From: Octopus vulgaris
Taxonomy: Eukaryota
DNA: 62,000 nucleotides
Direction of reading: 5' to 3'
Assembly (NCBI GenBank): GCA_951406725.2
Contig: OX597822.1
Location: forward strand, 43,420,001-43,482,000
Shown: piece by piece, positions 31,363 to 49,084 of the stretch
Numbering within the stretch: position 1 is the stretch's first letter
Layout: each line of letters opens with the position of its first letter
The notes under the pieces: model-generated
What the model was told of the DNA's origin: nothing
Seen by the model: only the letters and a program-made list of their open reading frames with translations
Databases searched by the model: none
Position numbers and translations under genes: made by a program

Positions 31363-32369
31363 CTAGCAGTATCGCCCGGCGTTGCTCGGGTTTGTAAGGG
31401 AAATAACTATATAAGCATTTTTAGAGAGTTATAGCAAAAAAATAGCAAAAAAATGCATTAAAAATGGAATAAAAATGATAATTTTTTTTTAAATCGTTGA
31501 CTCATCGTAGACATTTTTAGAGAGTTACTTCCCTTATATAATAGCGAAAAAATGCATTAAAATGGAAAAAATGATGGTAATTTTTTTTTAAATCGTTGAC
31601 TCATCGTAGACATTTTTAGAGAGTTACTTCCCTTATATAATAGCGAAAAAATGCATTAAAATGGAAAAAATGATGGTAATTTTTTTAAAATCGTAGACTC
31701 ATCGTAGACGCGCGCTAATACCCAGAAGGGCTCGATATGAATCACGACTATAAGATACCCGGTTTTGGTTAAACTGCACCGCAAAATGTGGGAGTAGTTA
31801 GGAATCTAAATCATAGGAGTCAGACACACAACTTCACTTTTATATATAAAGAAGATTTGTGCAACAACTAAAACATTCGGTTGTGCAAATTGTTTGCACA
31901 GGTAACCTGCCCTGTGTGGCGGTTTTTGCCGTTTTTGTGGATCTGTTTCAGCTTTTTTAGCGATTTCTGTTTTGGCGACTTCAAGCCATGAAGTCGTCGT
32001 TCTAAAAGAACGCTGGTCTCCTTGACAACGCTTTACGACGTTGATTTCCCTACCCTGCCTTCCCACAGCTTCACGAGGGAGGGAAGAAGGGGGAGAAGCA
32101 ACACAGGTGCAGGTATGAGCATGGACGCCAACTCCGCCGCCTTCCCTTTATTAAAAAAATATGCGTTAAAATGGAAAAAAATTATAGTAAATTATTTTTA
32201 AAATCGTAGACTCATCGTAGACGCGCGCTAATACCCAGACGGGCTTGATATGAATCACGACTATAAGATACCCGAATTTGGTGAAACTGCATCGCAAAAT
32301 GTGGGAGTAGTTAGGAATCTAAATCGTAGGAGACAGACACTCACACAACTTCACTTTTATATATATAGA
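31363..32369 (-). mobile_element. Composite non-autonomous Helitron (two 5' ends, one 3' end, internal 3x ~100-bp repeat)
   Basis: A|TC 5' end at 32369, second 5' end at ~31852-31855, hairpin plus CTAG|T 3' end at 31363; tandem repeat at 31418-31710. Confidence 0.75.
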
Positions 32370-32373
32370 TATA

Positions 32374-32704
32374 CAGTAGAACCTCGCAATACGAGAGCCC
32401 CATTGTACGAGTGATTTACTGTTCGAGCCGAGACTTATGCAAAAATTTGGCCTGTAGTACGAGCGGAAATCCGCAGTACGAGTACACAAATCATCCAGTC
32501 TTTAAGGTAATTCAGTTAATAAAACCAGTTTACATATTTCTCTTGCATTCTCTTTTTTATAATTGTCATTTTATTTGTAACTACACATTTTCTGATTTAA
32601 AACCCATCAAAAATTATTTTTGAATGTTTTTGGGGTGGGGCTGGAACGGATTAAGACAAGCTCGGTCATGGAACGAATTAAACTCGTACTACCAGATATC
32701 ACTG
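32374..32704. mobile_element. pogo/Tigger-like MITE
   Basis: TA-CAGTAGAACCTCGCAATACGAG ... CTCGTACTACCAGATATCACTG-TA; imperfect TIRs (17/24 counting the flanking TA). Confidence 0.6.
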
Positions 32705-33251
32705 TATATGATTATATATGATTATAATTTTCTTTCGAAGAACAGCGTAGAAGTGCAAAGGTCGAACCCGACCCTATTACTTTCTGTGTATTATATATTG
32801 ACTTTTTAAAAGAAAACATTATTTTTCCTATATTTCATTATTTTGATCTATATTTTATTATTATTATGTTTACATACCTATATGTCCATGTATATTTTTA
32901 GTAATCCATACATTTTTATATTTCTAATATATCAATATATGATTCAGATTAAACAATTCTTATTTTATCTTAATTCATCCCGTATATGCATGTGTTAATC
33001 GTAGTCTGCCTGATTTAGACCTTTTCTATTGTATCTGTTATACTTGTATATATATATATACACATCTATCTATCTATATATATATATATATATATACACA
33101 CACATCTATATATATATGTGCGTGTGTTCTTTGTTTTTATGTTCAGTTATAATCAAAATTGTTTTACATTAATCTGATGGGGTACTTTATACTTTTGTAG
33201 AGCACAACTTTATTGTTCCTAAGCAAGAATTACTCTTGTTTAAGAATTATA

Positions 33252-33290
<39 letters not shown>

Positions 33291-33339
33291 CATATACATG
33301 TATATGTCTATACATATCTGTTTATATATATATGTATAG

Positions 33340-33410
<71 letters not shown>

Positions 33411-34619
33411 CATACATGTGTAAGCATATACAAAATCATACACACCCATATACGAATATAGGAGAACTACACAAAGCTTTCTTCCTTCCTAACTTAGGAG
33501 ATATATACTTAAGCTGCTCCTATCGTCCTTATTTATATGGCGGCCGTATTTATATAATAAAAGACATTTGGGTTTCTTCTGGGTGCCTTATTATTTTTAA
33601 TGGATTGAAGGAGACCACGCGATGCCACTGCATCGTATTATATACGTTCACCCTGTCTGTTAAAAGCCACTTTATCATGAAAGAGAAAGAGAAATAAATA
33701 GATTATAACAAAATTATTCTTATATATGTACAATTCTGGATGTCTATTATATTTAATGGTTTCTCCGAAACCACCAGACGCAAATGTATTATTATTTACA
33801 TTCGCCATTCTATTAAAAGCTACTTTATCATAGCAGTGAGAAAGAAAGGGTAAGACAGTGAGTGAGAGATAGCGAGATAGAGGGAGAATGAGAACAAAAG
33901 ATTATTGTAAAATTATGCTAATATATGTATATCGTATGTCAGTTGGTTGCAGTGATGCGTCAAGTTTGTCAGCAACATTGGTATATGTTAGTCATTATTA
34001 CCGCCTTCAGCTTCTATCACTGGCTACCAGAAATACGAAATGGAAAGCTGGGCGCTTATGTCCCATTTGCTTGTACATGTGATATTCATAAAGATGAAAC
34101 CCTGGACGAGAGCTAATGAGCCTTTACTGGTGGTTTAATCACAGGCAGGGCTTGTCCTAGGGTTGCTGGAGCCCCGAGCAAGCTGGACGTCGGCGCGTAT
34201 AAGATGACGTTTGTGGAAATTAAATTCTCTTGTCTTTGTCACGCCCTCCTTGGTGCTCCCTAGCACATGGCACCCCAGGTGACTGCCCAAGCTGCCGGTC
34301 CTGATTACTGACATATGTCATACCGTTTAAGATGTGAATTGAAGCTTTTGTTGGCCTTCAACAAATGTCCAGTTACAAGTAAACTTGTCCCATTGTTTTG
34401 TGAGTGCCGGAGATAACATGGGGTTAAAGGGGAAACAACTCTTAAAGAAATAAAGGAAAAGAACTTTGAAGACAGTATCATATAGCTATTGGGCAACTTC
34501 TGCACCAGAAGTAGTACTGGAAGTACTGCCTGTGATTTCCAATGGACTATACTGACGAGTCTGAGAAGCATATAGGACTAGGACCACCTTCTACTTGAGC
34601 TGAACGCTTATTATGTATT

Positions 34620-34890
34620 GGTTGAATTTCAGCAACAGTTATAGAAACTTTCTAGCTGTCTTTCCCGCTACGCTTAATTCCAGTATCGAAACGAAATTTC
34701 AGGTCGACGATATGAACGGGCAGTTACCATCACCAGAAGACTCCTTCTTACTTGTTTGGAGATTTGAAAGCCAGAGTCAGTGAAGAGCATGATGTCTGGG
34801 CTATATGCATCGGGAACCGCAGTGTGGATAAATGAACACGATCAGCTAAAGATTATTGGAACCGTGTTGCACCAGAGGCTTACACTACAA
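34620..34890 (+). mobile_element. Degraded RTE-like LINE apurinic endonuclease fragment
   Basis: Frameshifted translation FLAVFPATLNSSIETKF...GDLKARVSEEHDVWAICIG...MN...RLLEPC resembles the YAPT...GDFNARVG...W...G...MNENGQRLLEFC motifs. Confidence 0.6.
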
Positions 34891-34906
34891 TGTATATATA
34901 TATATA

Positions 34907-34939
<33 letters not shown>

Positions 34940-34956
34940 GTACATATATATATATA

Positions 34957-35167
34957 TCACGTGATCACGTGACCGACCAGACCATCAGATGTTGCAACAG
35001 TGAAAGAGTGTTGAAAGAGTGGTGAAAGAGTACAGCAGGGATCACCCCCCCCCATGCCGGAGTCTCGTGGAGCTTTTTTAAACATTCACAACGCCCGGTC
35101 TGGGAATCGAAACCGTGATTCTACGACCGCGAGTCCGCTGCCCTAACCACTGGGCCATTGCACCTCC
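34957..35167 (-). mobile_element. SINE family C (tail type 3, internally deleted)
   Basis: Head as 21624; tail as 40620-40670. Confidence 0.75.
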
Positions 35168-35176
35168 ACTTATATA

Positions 35177-35212
<36 letters not shown>

Positions 35213-35519
35213 TGTATGTATGTATAATGAACTCGTATCTTGCTGAACAATTACACAGATGATTTGTTTATTGTTTATAATGATCAAATATTTGTGTTCA
35301 GATAACCGCACTTCCTCCATTAGAGATGCATGACGAGCCACATGTCAGAATACGAAGTGATCGCAGCGCCACGTGGAATGAAGTGGTTTTCTGAAGAACT
35401 CAATGCAATGCCCGGTCTGGGAATCGAACCCATGATCTTGAAATCGAGAGTGCTACCACCCTTAACCGCTAAGCCATGGGCCTTTACACTCGCACAAACA
35501 CATGTCACTGAGAGAGAAA

Positions 35520-35566
<47 letters not shown>

Positions 35567-36190
35567 GGAGAGAGAGAGAAAATACAACTGGAGGCTCGGT
35601 TCATAAATTAAAAACATGAACAGATTGCATTATGAAATCTTCAGAAATTGTGTAACGAACAAAAATTAAACTTTACAATTTATTAAGGACATCGCCGAAA
35701 AATATTAAGATACCTACAATATTAAGATATAGTGAGTAGTTGCGTTTGTTGAGACCATAACCTATCTGGATGTCCATTGTTAATTGTAAAGGTTATTTAC
35801 AATAGTTACGCAATCTCTGACTATTCAAAAATGTAATCTGTTTATAATACCTTCCTTTATATAACGTATATTATTGCGCGTAAAACATGTGTAAGATGGC
35901 GTAATCAAATAACTTGTGAGCCGATCTGCAGCTTTGGTTGATATTAAATTTAATCAATAAACGATTCTCCATAAAACCTTCCAACTTCAACCTACATTAC
36001 GACCTCATTATCATTCAACAGAACTCAGCATACCGTAGAAAATTTTAACTTAACAAAGATTATATAAAGCCAAGAGATACTCAAATGTTCTACAGTTCGA
36101 TGATCGCTTAGATGGCCGAAACTTCGAAGTCACCGTCAGGACTACTCTTTGTTAAAGAATAATAAATATACAATATGTAATATATATATA

Positions 36191-36573
36191 TCTCTCTCTA
36201 TATAAACGGCAGTTTGTCTGTGCATTTTCTGTGTGTCTGTTTTCTCGTACCCTCACTCTGACCACGGCTTTCAACCGATTCTGATGAAACTTGACACACA
36301 CATAGCCCAATCTCATAATTCAAAACTAACGCAGCGAAAATTTTGAAAAGTTCCCCCAGTTCTGAAAAAAATCGATAAATTCGACATGGGGTCCAGAATC
36401 AGAAACCCAAACCACAGACCGTCTAGGGGACGCAAGCTCCACCTTTTTTAACTCTCAAAAAAAATTTACCATCATTTTTTTCCATTTTTTTGCTATTTTT
36501 TGGCTATAACTCTCTAAAAATGCTTTATAGTTATTTCCCTTACAAACCTGAGCAACGCCGGGCGATACTGCTA

Positions 36574-36574
<1 letters not shown>
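36191..36574 (+). mobile_element. Non-autonomous Helitron, same 3' end as 3969/31363 but different 5' two-thirds
   Basis: A|TC start, ends cctgagcaacgccgggcgatactgCTAG|T; last ~110 bp match 31363-31470. Confidence 0.8.
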
Positions 36575-36617
<43 letters not shown>

Positions 36618-36644
36618 ATATACATATATATATGCATGTATGTA

Positions 36645-36722
<78 letters not shown>

Positions 36723-36756
36723 CAGATTATCTCTCTCTCTTTCTATCTATCTATCT

Positions 36757-36945
36757 ATCGTGACAATTGGCTCGCCACCTTCCGTCAACCGGGAAAGCAA
36801 TGCAGTCTTCATCGTACTGGTGGCCATAGTGAAAGAATGTGTCTGGTGGACTCGCACGAAAAGTTTTGAGACAAACACTTACCTCTCTGGCCAATCGCTC
36901 ATCAACTTTTTCAAGTACCAGTTGAAAAGGAAGATGAGAATGGAG
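36757..36945 (+). mobile_element. Tx1/L1-like ORF2 C-terminal fragment between (TATC)n arrays
   Basis: [63 protein letters not shown]. Confidence 0.65.
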
Positions 36946-37679
<734 letters not shown>

Positions 37680-38448
37680 CATATTCATGTATCTATCTAT
37701 CTATCTATCTATCTATCCATCTAGGATTATATACATAGACTCTCTCACCTTCTCTCTATATATGTATGTACAATTATGTAAATAATGTACATATATATAT
37801 GCATATATGTATACATACATATGCATACATATATGTTTGCATAAACACATATACACAGGCCCAGGGGAGAGAGGAGGAAGGGGGAGAGAAAGGAAGAGAT
37901 AAAGATGGAGGGATTGGTATATTTACTTAGTAAGATATTTATTTTTGTTTTTATTTCAAAATATACAATAACATATCTTCATTACCGGTTCTTGATACGA
38001 AATTATGTATAATTTTGTTGTATATAAATCGCATATAATTGCGTAGTATAATGTAATGGCGCATAGAATCGAACAGTGAACAAGGTAAACAAAAACTTTT
38101 AGAAAAACGACAAAAACAAAAGAAAAAAAAGGCTAAAAAGAAGCCAGACAATTAAGTTTCACGAATATATTTCTTGATATTAAATTAGAATGGGTCTCTC
38201 AAAATGGTTTTATTCTTTGAGTATAACCATTTTCCAGAATATTTTATGTCTAAAAGACGTATGGAGAAAGGATACAATGTGAGACCTTTCGTTATTTGTT
38301 ATTGATTATTGATCTCTGTCAGACATTTAATATATAACAGCAATTTCGTGCTTGAACTCCAAGTTAACCCGTGTCAAATGTATTGGTGGCTTTACTCTCA
38401 TTGAGTAATTTTATTAAAAATATTTCGGAAGGTCTCCATTTCATAATA

Positions 38449-38635
38449 TCTTCTTCTTCTTCTTCTTCTTCTTCTTCTTCTTCTTCTTCTTCTTCTTCTT
38501 CTTCTTCTTCTTCTTCTTCTTCTTCTTCTTCTTCTTCTTCTTCTTCTTCTTCTTCTTCTTCTTCTTCTTCTTCTTCTTCTTCTTCTTCTTCTTCTTCTTC
38601 TTCTTCTTCTTCTTCTTCTTCTTCTTCTTCTAAGC

Positions 38636-38682
<47 letters not shown>

Positions 38683-38696
38683 TAATAATAATAATA

Positions 38697-38760
<64 letters not shown>

Positions 38761-38774
38761 TAATAATAATAATA

Positions 38775-38838
<64 letters not shown>
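38449..38838. repeat. Perfect (TCT)~61 abutting imperfect (AAT)n
   Basis: Direct reading; the AAT part is the tail of the minus-strand SINE A at 38838-38975. Confidence 0.95.
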
Positions 38839-38975
38839 GTTTTGGCACAAGGCCAACAAGCTCGTGGGACGTGGGCATGAATCGATTACATCGACTTCAG
38901 TGACTAACTGGTACTTATTTAATTGACTCCGAAATGATGAAAGGCAAAGTCGACCTCGGCCGAATTTGAATTCGA
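38838..38975 (-). mobile_element. SINE family A (tail 2), 5'-truncated
   Basis: Core and tail match the family. Confidence 0.75.
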
Positions 38976-38990
38976 ACACACACACACATA

Positions 38991-39047
<57 letters not shown>

Positions 39048-40371
39048 CACACAACAACAACAACAACAACAACATACACATACACCCATGTACGTATATA
39101 TGTATGTATGTGCGTGTGCATGTCATTGTTAAGTTTTATTTCAAGATTTCCTGCTATTAGAGAAAGAGTCGGTTTCTAACCTAGATTCAAGATTCCTTCA
39201 TTGGAATTTCAACATCAACAACAGGGTATTTTTGTATGAATGTATGTATGCACAGATTTGTATGTTTTATGTATGTATTCTCATGCATATAGTTACAAAG
39301 ACATGCTCATATATATTTAAATGATAATTGTCTGGAAAATTTTACAGATTTTTACAGTTCCAGTGATGGATTAGATCTGTAGTCTTCGAATTAGCTTTCT
39401 CCTTTCTGGATTTGGGAAGCCCAATCTCTCAAAATTGGTGTTTAATGTATGTATGTATGTATGTATGTATGTAAGCTTGTTTTCGTTTAAGAGTTCCGAT
39501 TTGAAGGAATTCGTAAACTAAGAAGTGGAAGTGATCTGCATTCAACGCCTTAGTCCACTTCAGCAGCCGTAAACGACAAAGGAATATTAGTGGAAAGCTG
39601 CAGTTTAAAATGTGACACGTAGAAACATGTCTACTTATACCTGTATAAGTTCCGTTTTCTGCAATAACCGGAAGTGGGTCAGGAGAAATCTTTAATGAAT
39701 ACCCCTCGTACTTTGCCCATTTACACACTGTCTTTCCAACTGACGTCTCAGAATGAACTGGTTGTAGCCCCCAAGTAAACATGGGTCAGGGAAAAACTTA
39801 ATCAACCAGAAGGGTTGAAATTCATGCAATAGCACAAAATGTGGGAGCTGAGGGATATCCAGCAGTTATGCCAAGGAGGCAGGCCGGACCCTTAGAGTTC
39901 ACGTAGTTATGGGTCGAAAGGCTGGTACGACAGGAGTTGCTTCTTCTCCGAAGACATTCGGCTGTTCAGGTCTTAACATTTCGTACGACTCTCTAATTGT
40001 TTTTTGTTTCAGAAATTAACTTCCGTTTCATTTTTTGGATATAAGTTACGGGACTCAGTATTACTCAAAGTTAAAGAGGCGAGCGGGGAGAAACGTTGCA
40101 CTTCGGGCAAAATATTCAGTGGTATTTCGTCTGTTTTTAGGTTCTGGGTTAAAATTCTGCCAAGGTCAATTTCGCCTTTCATCCTTTTGGAGCCGATAAA
40201 ATAAGTACCAGCTGAACACTGGGCTCGACACTATTTCTATGCTCAGTTAAATATTATGGAATATATATCCATTTACACACCGTCTTTCCAATAATGGTGA
40301 TATTAATCGTCTATAGTGTTAGCTACATTAATTATTAGGCCTTATAAGAACTATTGAGTGTGGAGGTGCAT

Positions 40372-40670
40372 TGGCCCAGTGGTAGGGGCAGTGGACTCGC
40401 GATCATAGGATCGCGGTTTCGATTCCCAGACCGAGCGTTGTGAGTGTTTGTTGAGCGAAAACACCTAAAGCTCCACGAGGCTCCGGCAGTGGGTGTTGGC
40501 GATCCCTGCCGTACTCTTTCGCCACAAATTTCTCTCACTCTTTCTTCTGTTGGCCTGCTCGCTTAGCCAGCGGAGTGGCACCATTGGAAGGCTAAAACAA
40601 TGCGAAGTCTAGTGACCAGCGATGTGTAGCAACATCTGATAGTCTGGTCGGTCACAGTGATCACGGTGAT
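40372..40670 (+). mobile_element. SINE family C (tail type 3)
   Basis: Head as 21624; ends gatgtgtagcaacatctgatagtctggtcggtcacagtgatcac. Confidence 0.8.
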
Positions 40671-41869
40671 AAGAAATATTGTACTATTCTGTGACTGTAG
40701 CATTGTTGGCTATAGGAGTGCTACCAATAGTCATTGCTTAGTTCCATATCAGCTTGAATGAATAAAGTTATACTTGAAAACGGTGCAGCCACGAATATCC
40801 AGTTCATGAGGCCATTGCTGTCGTTGGTTTTATTGCTGTTCTGTTTCAAATCATTCCTGATGGGGCCAACGCAGTGAAACCATTGCGAATATAAGCACGT
40901 CGTCCATTTTCTACGTATAGTATACATTGGACTATATTAACCGATGTATAACGTGTTCGTTAAAATTATAGGTTCTCAATTGAGTGTGATTTTATGGTTA
41001 TCAGGGCTTGTGTGCACACAAAAAGGCTACCTCTAATACTCGAAACTAGACACTAATCACATTTAGAGTTAGAGAAACGTCTGCTCACATTAACAACATG
41101 CGATATATTATCTGTGGTGATAAGACGTGGACCAGTTTAAAACTACTACTGGCCGGTAGGTGTCTCTACCTCACATTTTTACAAACATTCGGATTAAATT
41201 ATCTCCACTGACTAGTATGTGTCTCTACCTTTAATTTTTTACAAGCATACGGACTAGATTTCCAATTTAAGAATAATGAGATCTTGTATTTTCCTTCCTC
41301 CGTCTTAGCTGTCACAAAGACCTTCAAACAGGTTGCTGGCGCTGTTCATTCTGATGTCATGTAGCCATAAGTATAATAATGAAGCCCTAATCTAATTTTG
41401 GAATATAACATCAGGAGCTTGTCGATTTTTGATTTAATCATCTTGAAAAATTCCTTTTTTTCCCCCAGTCAGCACAACCAGTGTATCGGCCTGAATTGTC
41501 TTCATTTTGCATTCAAAATTACGGTCAATAGCTGGAAAATCTTAATTCTAATTGTTGATAAATATATTCCTTCCCGTTGCACTTTATCAAATTTCCTTCC
41601 GTTCTTGTTTTTATTATACTATCCACCAATATTTTTTCGGCGTTCTTTCCCATATTGTATCTGGTCGACTTCCAACTGGCCGCAGGAAAGAAATTCTAAA
41701 CTCCTTGAGTATAGTATTAATACACTTCACTGCTATTGTATGTGTCTCATCACAAATTTCTTTCGTCTTTTGTCTTCTGTCTAAGTCATTAACATAACTT
41801 TTCATCGGCTCATCTCAGTACTTTACTGCAAAAGACAATATTTATATACATATACCTAATACACACGCA

Positions 41870-41945
41870 TACATTCATACAAACATGAATACATACATAG
41901 ATACGTAAATATACGTATATACACGAACATATATACATACATATG

Positions 41946-41989
<44 letters not shown>

Positions 41990-41993
41990 TGTG

Positions 41994-42063
<70 letters not shown>

Positions 42064-42308
42064 TGTATGTATGTATGTATGTATACGTATATAATACAGA
42101 TATGTGTGTATGTTGTACATACGCACTCTGTAAGTAGAGTGGCGGTGCAGTGATGTCAGCTGAAAACCTAACAAACGAACAAATGGTTCAAAGTGGGTGC
42201 AAACAAACACCTCTTTCCACCTCTCTCTTTTCTCCTCTCTCTCATTATATATATTTGTGTGTGTGTATATATTTGTGTATAATATACACACGCACACCGC
42301 ACACACAT

Positions 42309-42341
<33 letters not shown>

Positions 42342-42403
42342 CATACGTACAGATATACATCCATATTTATACGTATATATATACATATATGTATATATAT
42401 TTA

Positions 42404-42474
<71 letters not shown>

Positions 42475-42477
42475 ATA

Positions 42478-42528
<51 letters not shown>

Positions 42529-42720
42529 AATCGTATATAGAGTGTATATGTAAAGAGAGACATAAGTATATATAAAGGCTTCGATATAGAAATGCGGTAG
42601 TTTCATATATGCATATATACATACACACATACATGCATGCATACATACAAACATACATACATACATACAAACATACATACATACATACATACATACAGAA
42701 GCTGTGAAATATTAACACAA
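41870..42720. repeat. (TA)n/(TATG)n/(CA)n/(TATC)n tract
   Basis: Direct reading. Confidence 0.95.
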
Positions 42721-43052
42721 TACACACCTGTATGTCTGTGTGTCACTGTGTGAACGCGTGCACGTGCGTGCGTGTGTGTGTATGTGTGTGTTTTGGGTGT
42801 GTTGGGAGGGTTTGACAGCTTGTTCGATTTTTATAAAGTCAAGCAACAGGAACTGCCTCAGGCCCATCATCTTCAAAAGCTCTTCTACTCAATTATTCTG
42901 CCGCTTTCCCGTCTCTTTCACCTTTAATTTCACACTCCATCCCCCTCTTCATCCTCCTTCCCTCCTCCTCGACCTCCCGCTTCTGTCTCCCCCTTCCTCT
43001 TCATCTTCTTCCCTTCTTTTTGTTTTCGTTCCCCTTTACCTTTTTGCTATTG

Positions 43053-43128
<76 letters not shown>

Positions 43129-43132
43129 CATT

Positions 43133-43255
43133 AAGGCGGCTAGCTGACAAAATCGATATCCCGCTGGGTGAAATGCTTAGTGATATTTCGCCCATCGCTA
43201 TATTCTGAGTTCAAATTCGGCTGAGGTCGACTTTGCTTTTTATCTTTTCGGGGTC
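43133..43255 (+). mobile_element. SINE family A 5' half, fused to a LINE
   Basis: Head to ...ttttcggggtc, then LINE coding sequence. Confidence 0.7.
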
Positions 43256-44400
43256 CTTAGATATGGAGCAGAGGTAATTGCGTGGAGAATAGACGGACTA
43301 AACAGCCTAGACAGAAAGACAAGGAAGTTGCTTACTAGATATGGGTCACTCTACCCAAAAAGCGACACAGACAAACTCTATGTACAAAGAAAAAGAGGGG
43401 GAACAGGACTTATTGGATGCGAACATAGCATTAGAGCAGAAGAAAACAACATAGTATGGTATGTAAAAAATGTCACAGAACCTCTTTTACTAGGAGTAAG
43501 AAGGTCAGGCTTTGTAGGATGAAAGATTGCAAAGATAAAGCACAATACAAGAAAGTGAAAACGAATGAAACTAAGAACAGGTGGGTAAAGAAAAAAAATG
43601 CATGGACAATTTCATATGGATGTTGAAGATAAGACAGACAGAGAAAAAAGATGGCTGTGGATGACTAAAGTAATTTAAAACCGGAAACGATGGCTCTAAT
43701 CTGTGCTGCCCAAGAGCAAGCACTAAGAACACATTACATAAAATACAGAATAGACAACACATCAGAAAGTGATAAGTGCAGAATCTATGGACAAAACGGT
43801 GAAACCGTATGGCATATTACCAGCCAAAGTAGGCTACTAGCCCAGAAGGAATATAAGAGACGCCACGACAATGTTGCCAGGCTTGTAATTTGGATACTTT
43901 GCAACAAATATGGACTTGACAGAGCAAAAAATTGGTACGACCACAAACCTGAAGTCATCGTGATTTTTTGATTCAGTGCGACCATGAGATAGAGAATACG
44001 AAGCCAGACATTGTCTTAATTGGGAAAGAAACCAAACTATGCTGGATCATAGATATAGCATGCTCTCAACAAGGTATGCGATAAGGAAGAAATAAAAGTC
44101 GATAGATATGACAGGTTAGCTTGGGAGGTTAAGCGGTTCTGGTCGCTGAAAAACGTGGTAGTAGTACCAACAATTATCGGAGCCCTGGGAAAAGTGAGTA
44201 AAAATCTTGAGAAGTACGTGGAACAAATACGGGCTGCAATAAGGGTGGAGCAATTGCAGAAAACAGCACTGCTTGGAACCGCTCGAATACTCCGGAAGCT
44301 GTTCGAAAAATAAGAGGTGTTATCTTAGTTCACTGGTAGTGAACAGATGACACCGTAGTACATCTCCAGCGTTAGAAGCTGAGCAATGGCAATAAAAGTG
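43256..44400 (+). mobile_element. R4/Dong-like RLE retrotransposon, 5'-truncated, subfamily 2
   Basis: LDRKTRKLL...PKSDTDKLYVQRKRGGTGL; AAQEQALRT; CRIY...ETVWHITS...EYKRRHD; KPDIV; 3'UTR then (AAT)n. Confidence 0.9.
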
Positions 44401-44451
44401 ATAATAATAATGATAATAATATTAATAATGATGATGATGATGGTGATGATG

Positions 44452-47473
<3,022 letters not shown>

Positions 47474-47481
47474 TAGTAATC

Positions 47482-47895
47482 CTTTCTACAAAGGACACAA
47501 GTCCTGATATTTTGGGGGAGGGGTTAAATCAATTACATCGACCCTAGTACTTTACTGGTACTCAACTTATCGACCTCAAAATGATTAAAAGGAAAGTAAA
47601 CTTCGGCGGAATTTGAACTCAGAATGTAAAGACGGACGATAAGCATTTCGCCCGGCGTGCTAATGTTACCAGTTCAACGCCTTAGTAATAATAATAACTA
47701 TCCTTTCTTCTAAAGGCCCAAAGCCTGAAATTTGTGGGGGAAAGGGAAGGTCGATCACATCGACTCTAGCGTTTGATTGGTACTTAATTTATCGACCCCG
47801 AAAAGATGACAGGCAAAAGCTACCTCGGTGGAATTTGAACTCAGAGCGTAATGACGGGTGAAATACTGCTGAGCATTTGTCCGGCTTGCTAACGA
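47482..47895 (-). mobile_element. Two diverged SINE family A copies (tail 2)
   Basis: Both with ...ggccttgtg...gaaaggattatt tails on the minus strand. Confidence 0.75.
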
Positions 47896-47902
47896 TTTTC
47901 TT

Positions 47903-48366
47903 TGTGTAAAAGAAGAGTTGCAGCAAATATTCTGCTCAATACCACAGATTTGCTTGTCAGTTGTTTGACATTAATCAGTTGAGCATGTCCCTTAGTGGCT
48001 GACAATATGTGCATCTCTGAGCAGAACTAGTGGGAGAGCATCATAGACATGTGTTGAGAGGGATTCTTTAGGGCTTGGATAATTCACCTTTGGAAATATG
48101 AGTGTTTCGTTCAACATCCCTAAGCAAACCTTACTCATGGACCTTTTGTGTGGGATGGACTACTCGACCCGAAGAAAATTCTAACTGGGCCCCAGTTGCT
48201 AAGTCATGCGCTGTTTATCTTGATATGAGACCACCACGTAGCGCACATATGGTTGTGATGAATGTTCTTGGTGTACCCTTATCAGACGGGTAGTCATGAT
48301 AAGTATACTGGGCTTCGTATATTTTGCCGCAGTGTTGTATTGATCGCATGCACTGCTCTCTCACTC
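47903..48366 (+). mobile_element. 5'-truncated copy of the 555-bp (AAT)n-associated element
   Basis: Aligns with 50705-51259 and ends ctgctctctcactc. Confidence 0.8.
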
Positions 48367-48384
48367 AAAAAGGATAATAATTAA

Positions 48385-49075
48385 GGACTAATTGAATAAA
48401 AGCCAAGATAGACAAAAGCAAATTAGATTCCCAATGTAGATTATGCAAATCAAAAGAGGAAAGCCTTACTCACATAGTAAGCGATTGTAGCATGCTGGCA
48501 CAGAAAGAATACAAGAAAAACATGACCATCTAGGGGGAATAACCTATTGGGAGTTATCTAGAAGGCTTGTATTTGAACATACTAATAAATGGTATGAAGA
48601 TGAACCTAGTAAAAACTAGAAAGTAAGAAATATAAGATGTTCTAAGACTGATAAATTAATAGAAGCTAGGTCTGGGAATAGAAAGTACCAGATAATTGAC
48701 TTTACAGTGCCAAATGACGAAAACATTAACATGAGAAGTATAGAAAAATAGCAAACTACCAGGACCTAGCTGTTGAATTACAGAGACTATGGTAAGTGCA
48801 GGTAAAATGTATCCCAGTAGTTATAAGTGCATTGGGAACTATCCCTAAAGATTTGAACAGACGGATAGAAGAAATAGCCATAAAACTCACTTTAGTATAT
48901 CTGCAGAAAACAGTGTTATTAGGGTCAGCTAGGACACTTAGGAGGGTTCTTGGCATCTAAGGTTATTTGTTGCAGCCCGATAGGAGGGTTCTTGGGGTCT
49001 AGGTCTACTTGTTTTAGCCCGATATTAGGTTTTTTTCTTTTCTAACAGTCTAATCTGTTGAGTGTATATGAAAAT
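48385..49075 (+). mobile_element. R4/Dong-like 3' fragment, subfamily 3
   Basis: KAKIDKSKLDSQCRLCKSKEESLTHIVSDCSMLAQKEY..HD; IIDFTVP; LQKTVLLGSARTLRRVL; (AAT)n tail. Confidence 0.85.
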
Positions 49076-49084
49076 AATAATAAT

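Noticed and set aside
39429-39990. GC-richer segment with 117-aa ORF
   Set aside because: No recognisable motif; probably a decayed repeat, unassignable without a search.
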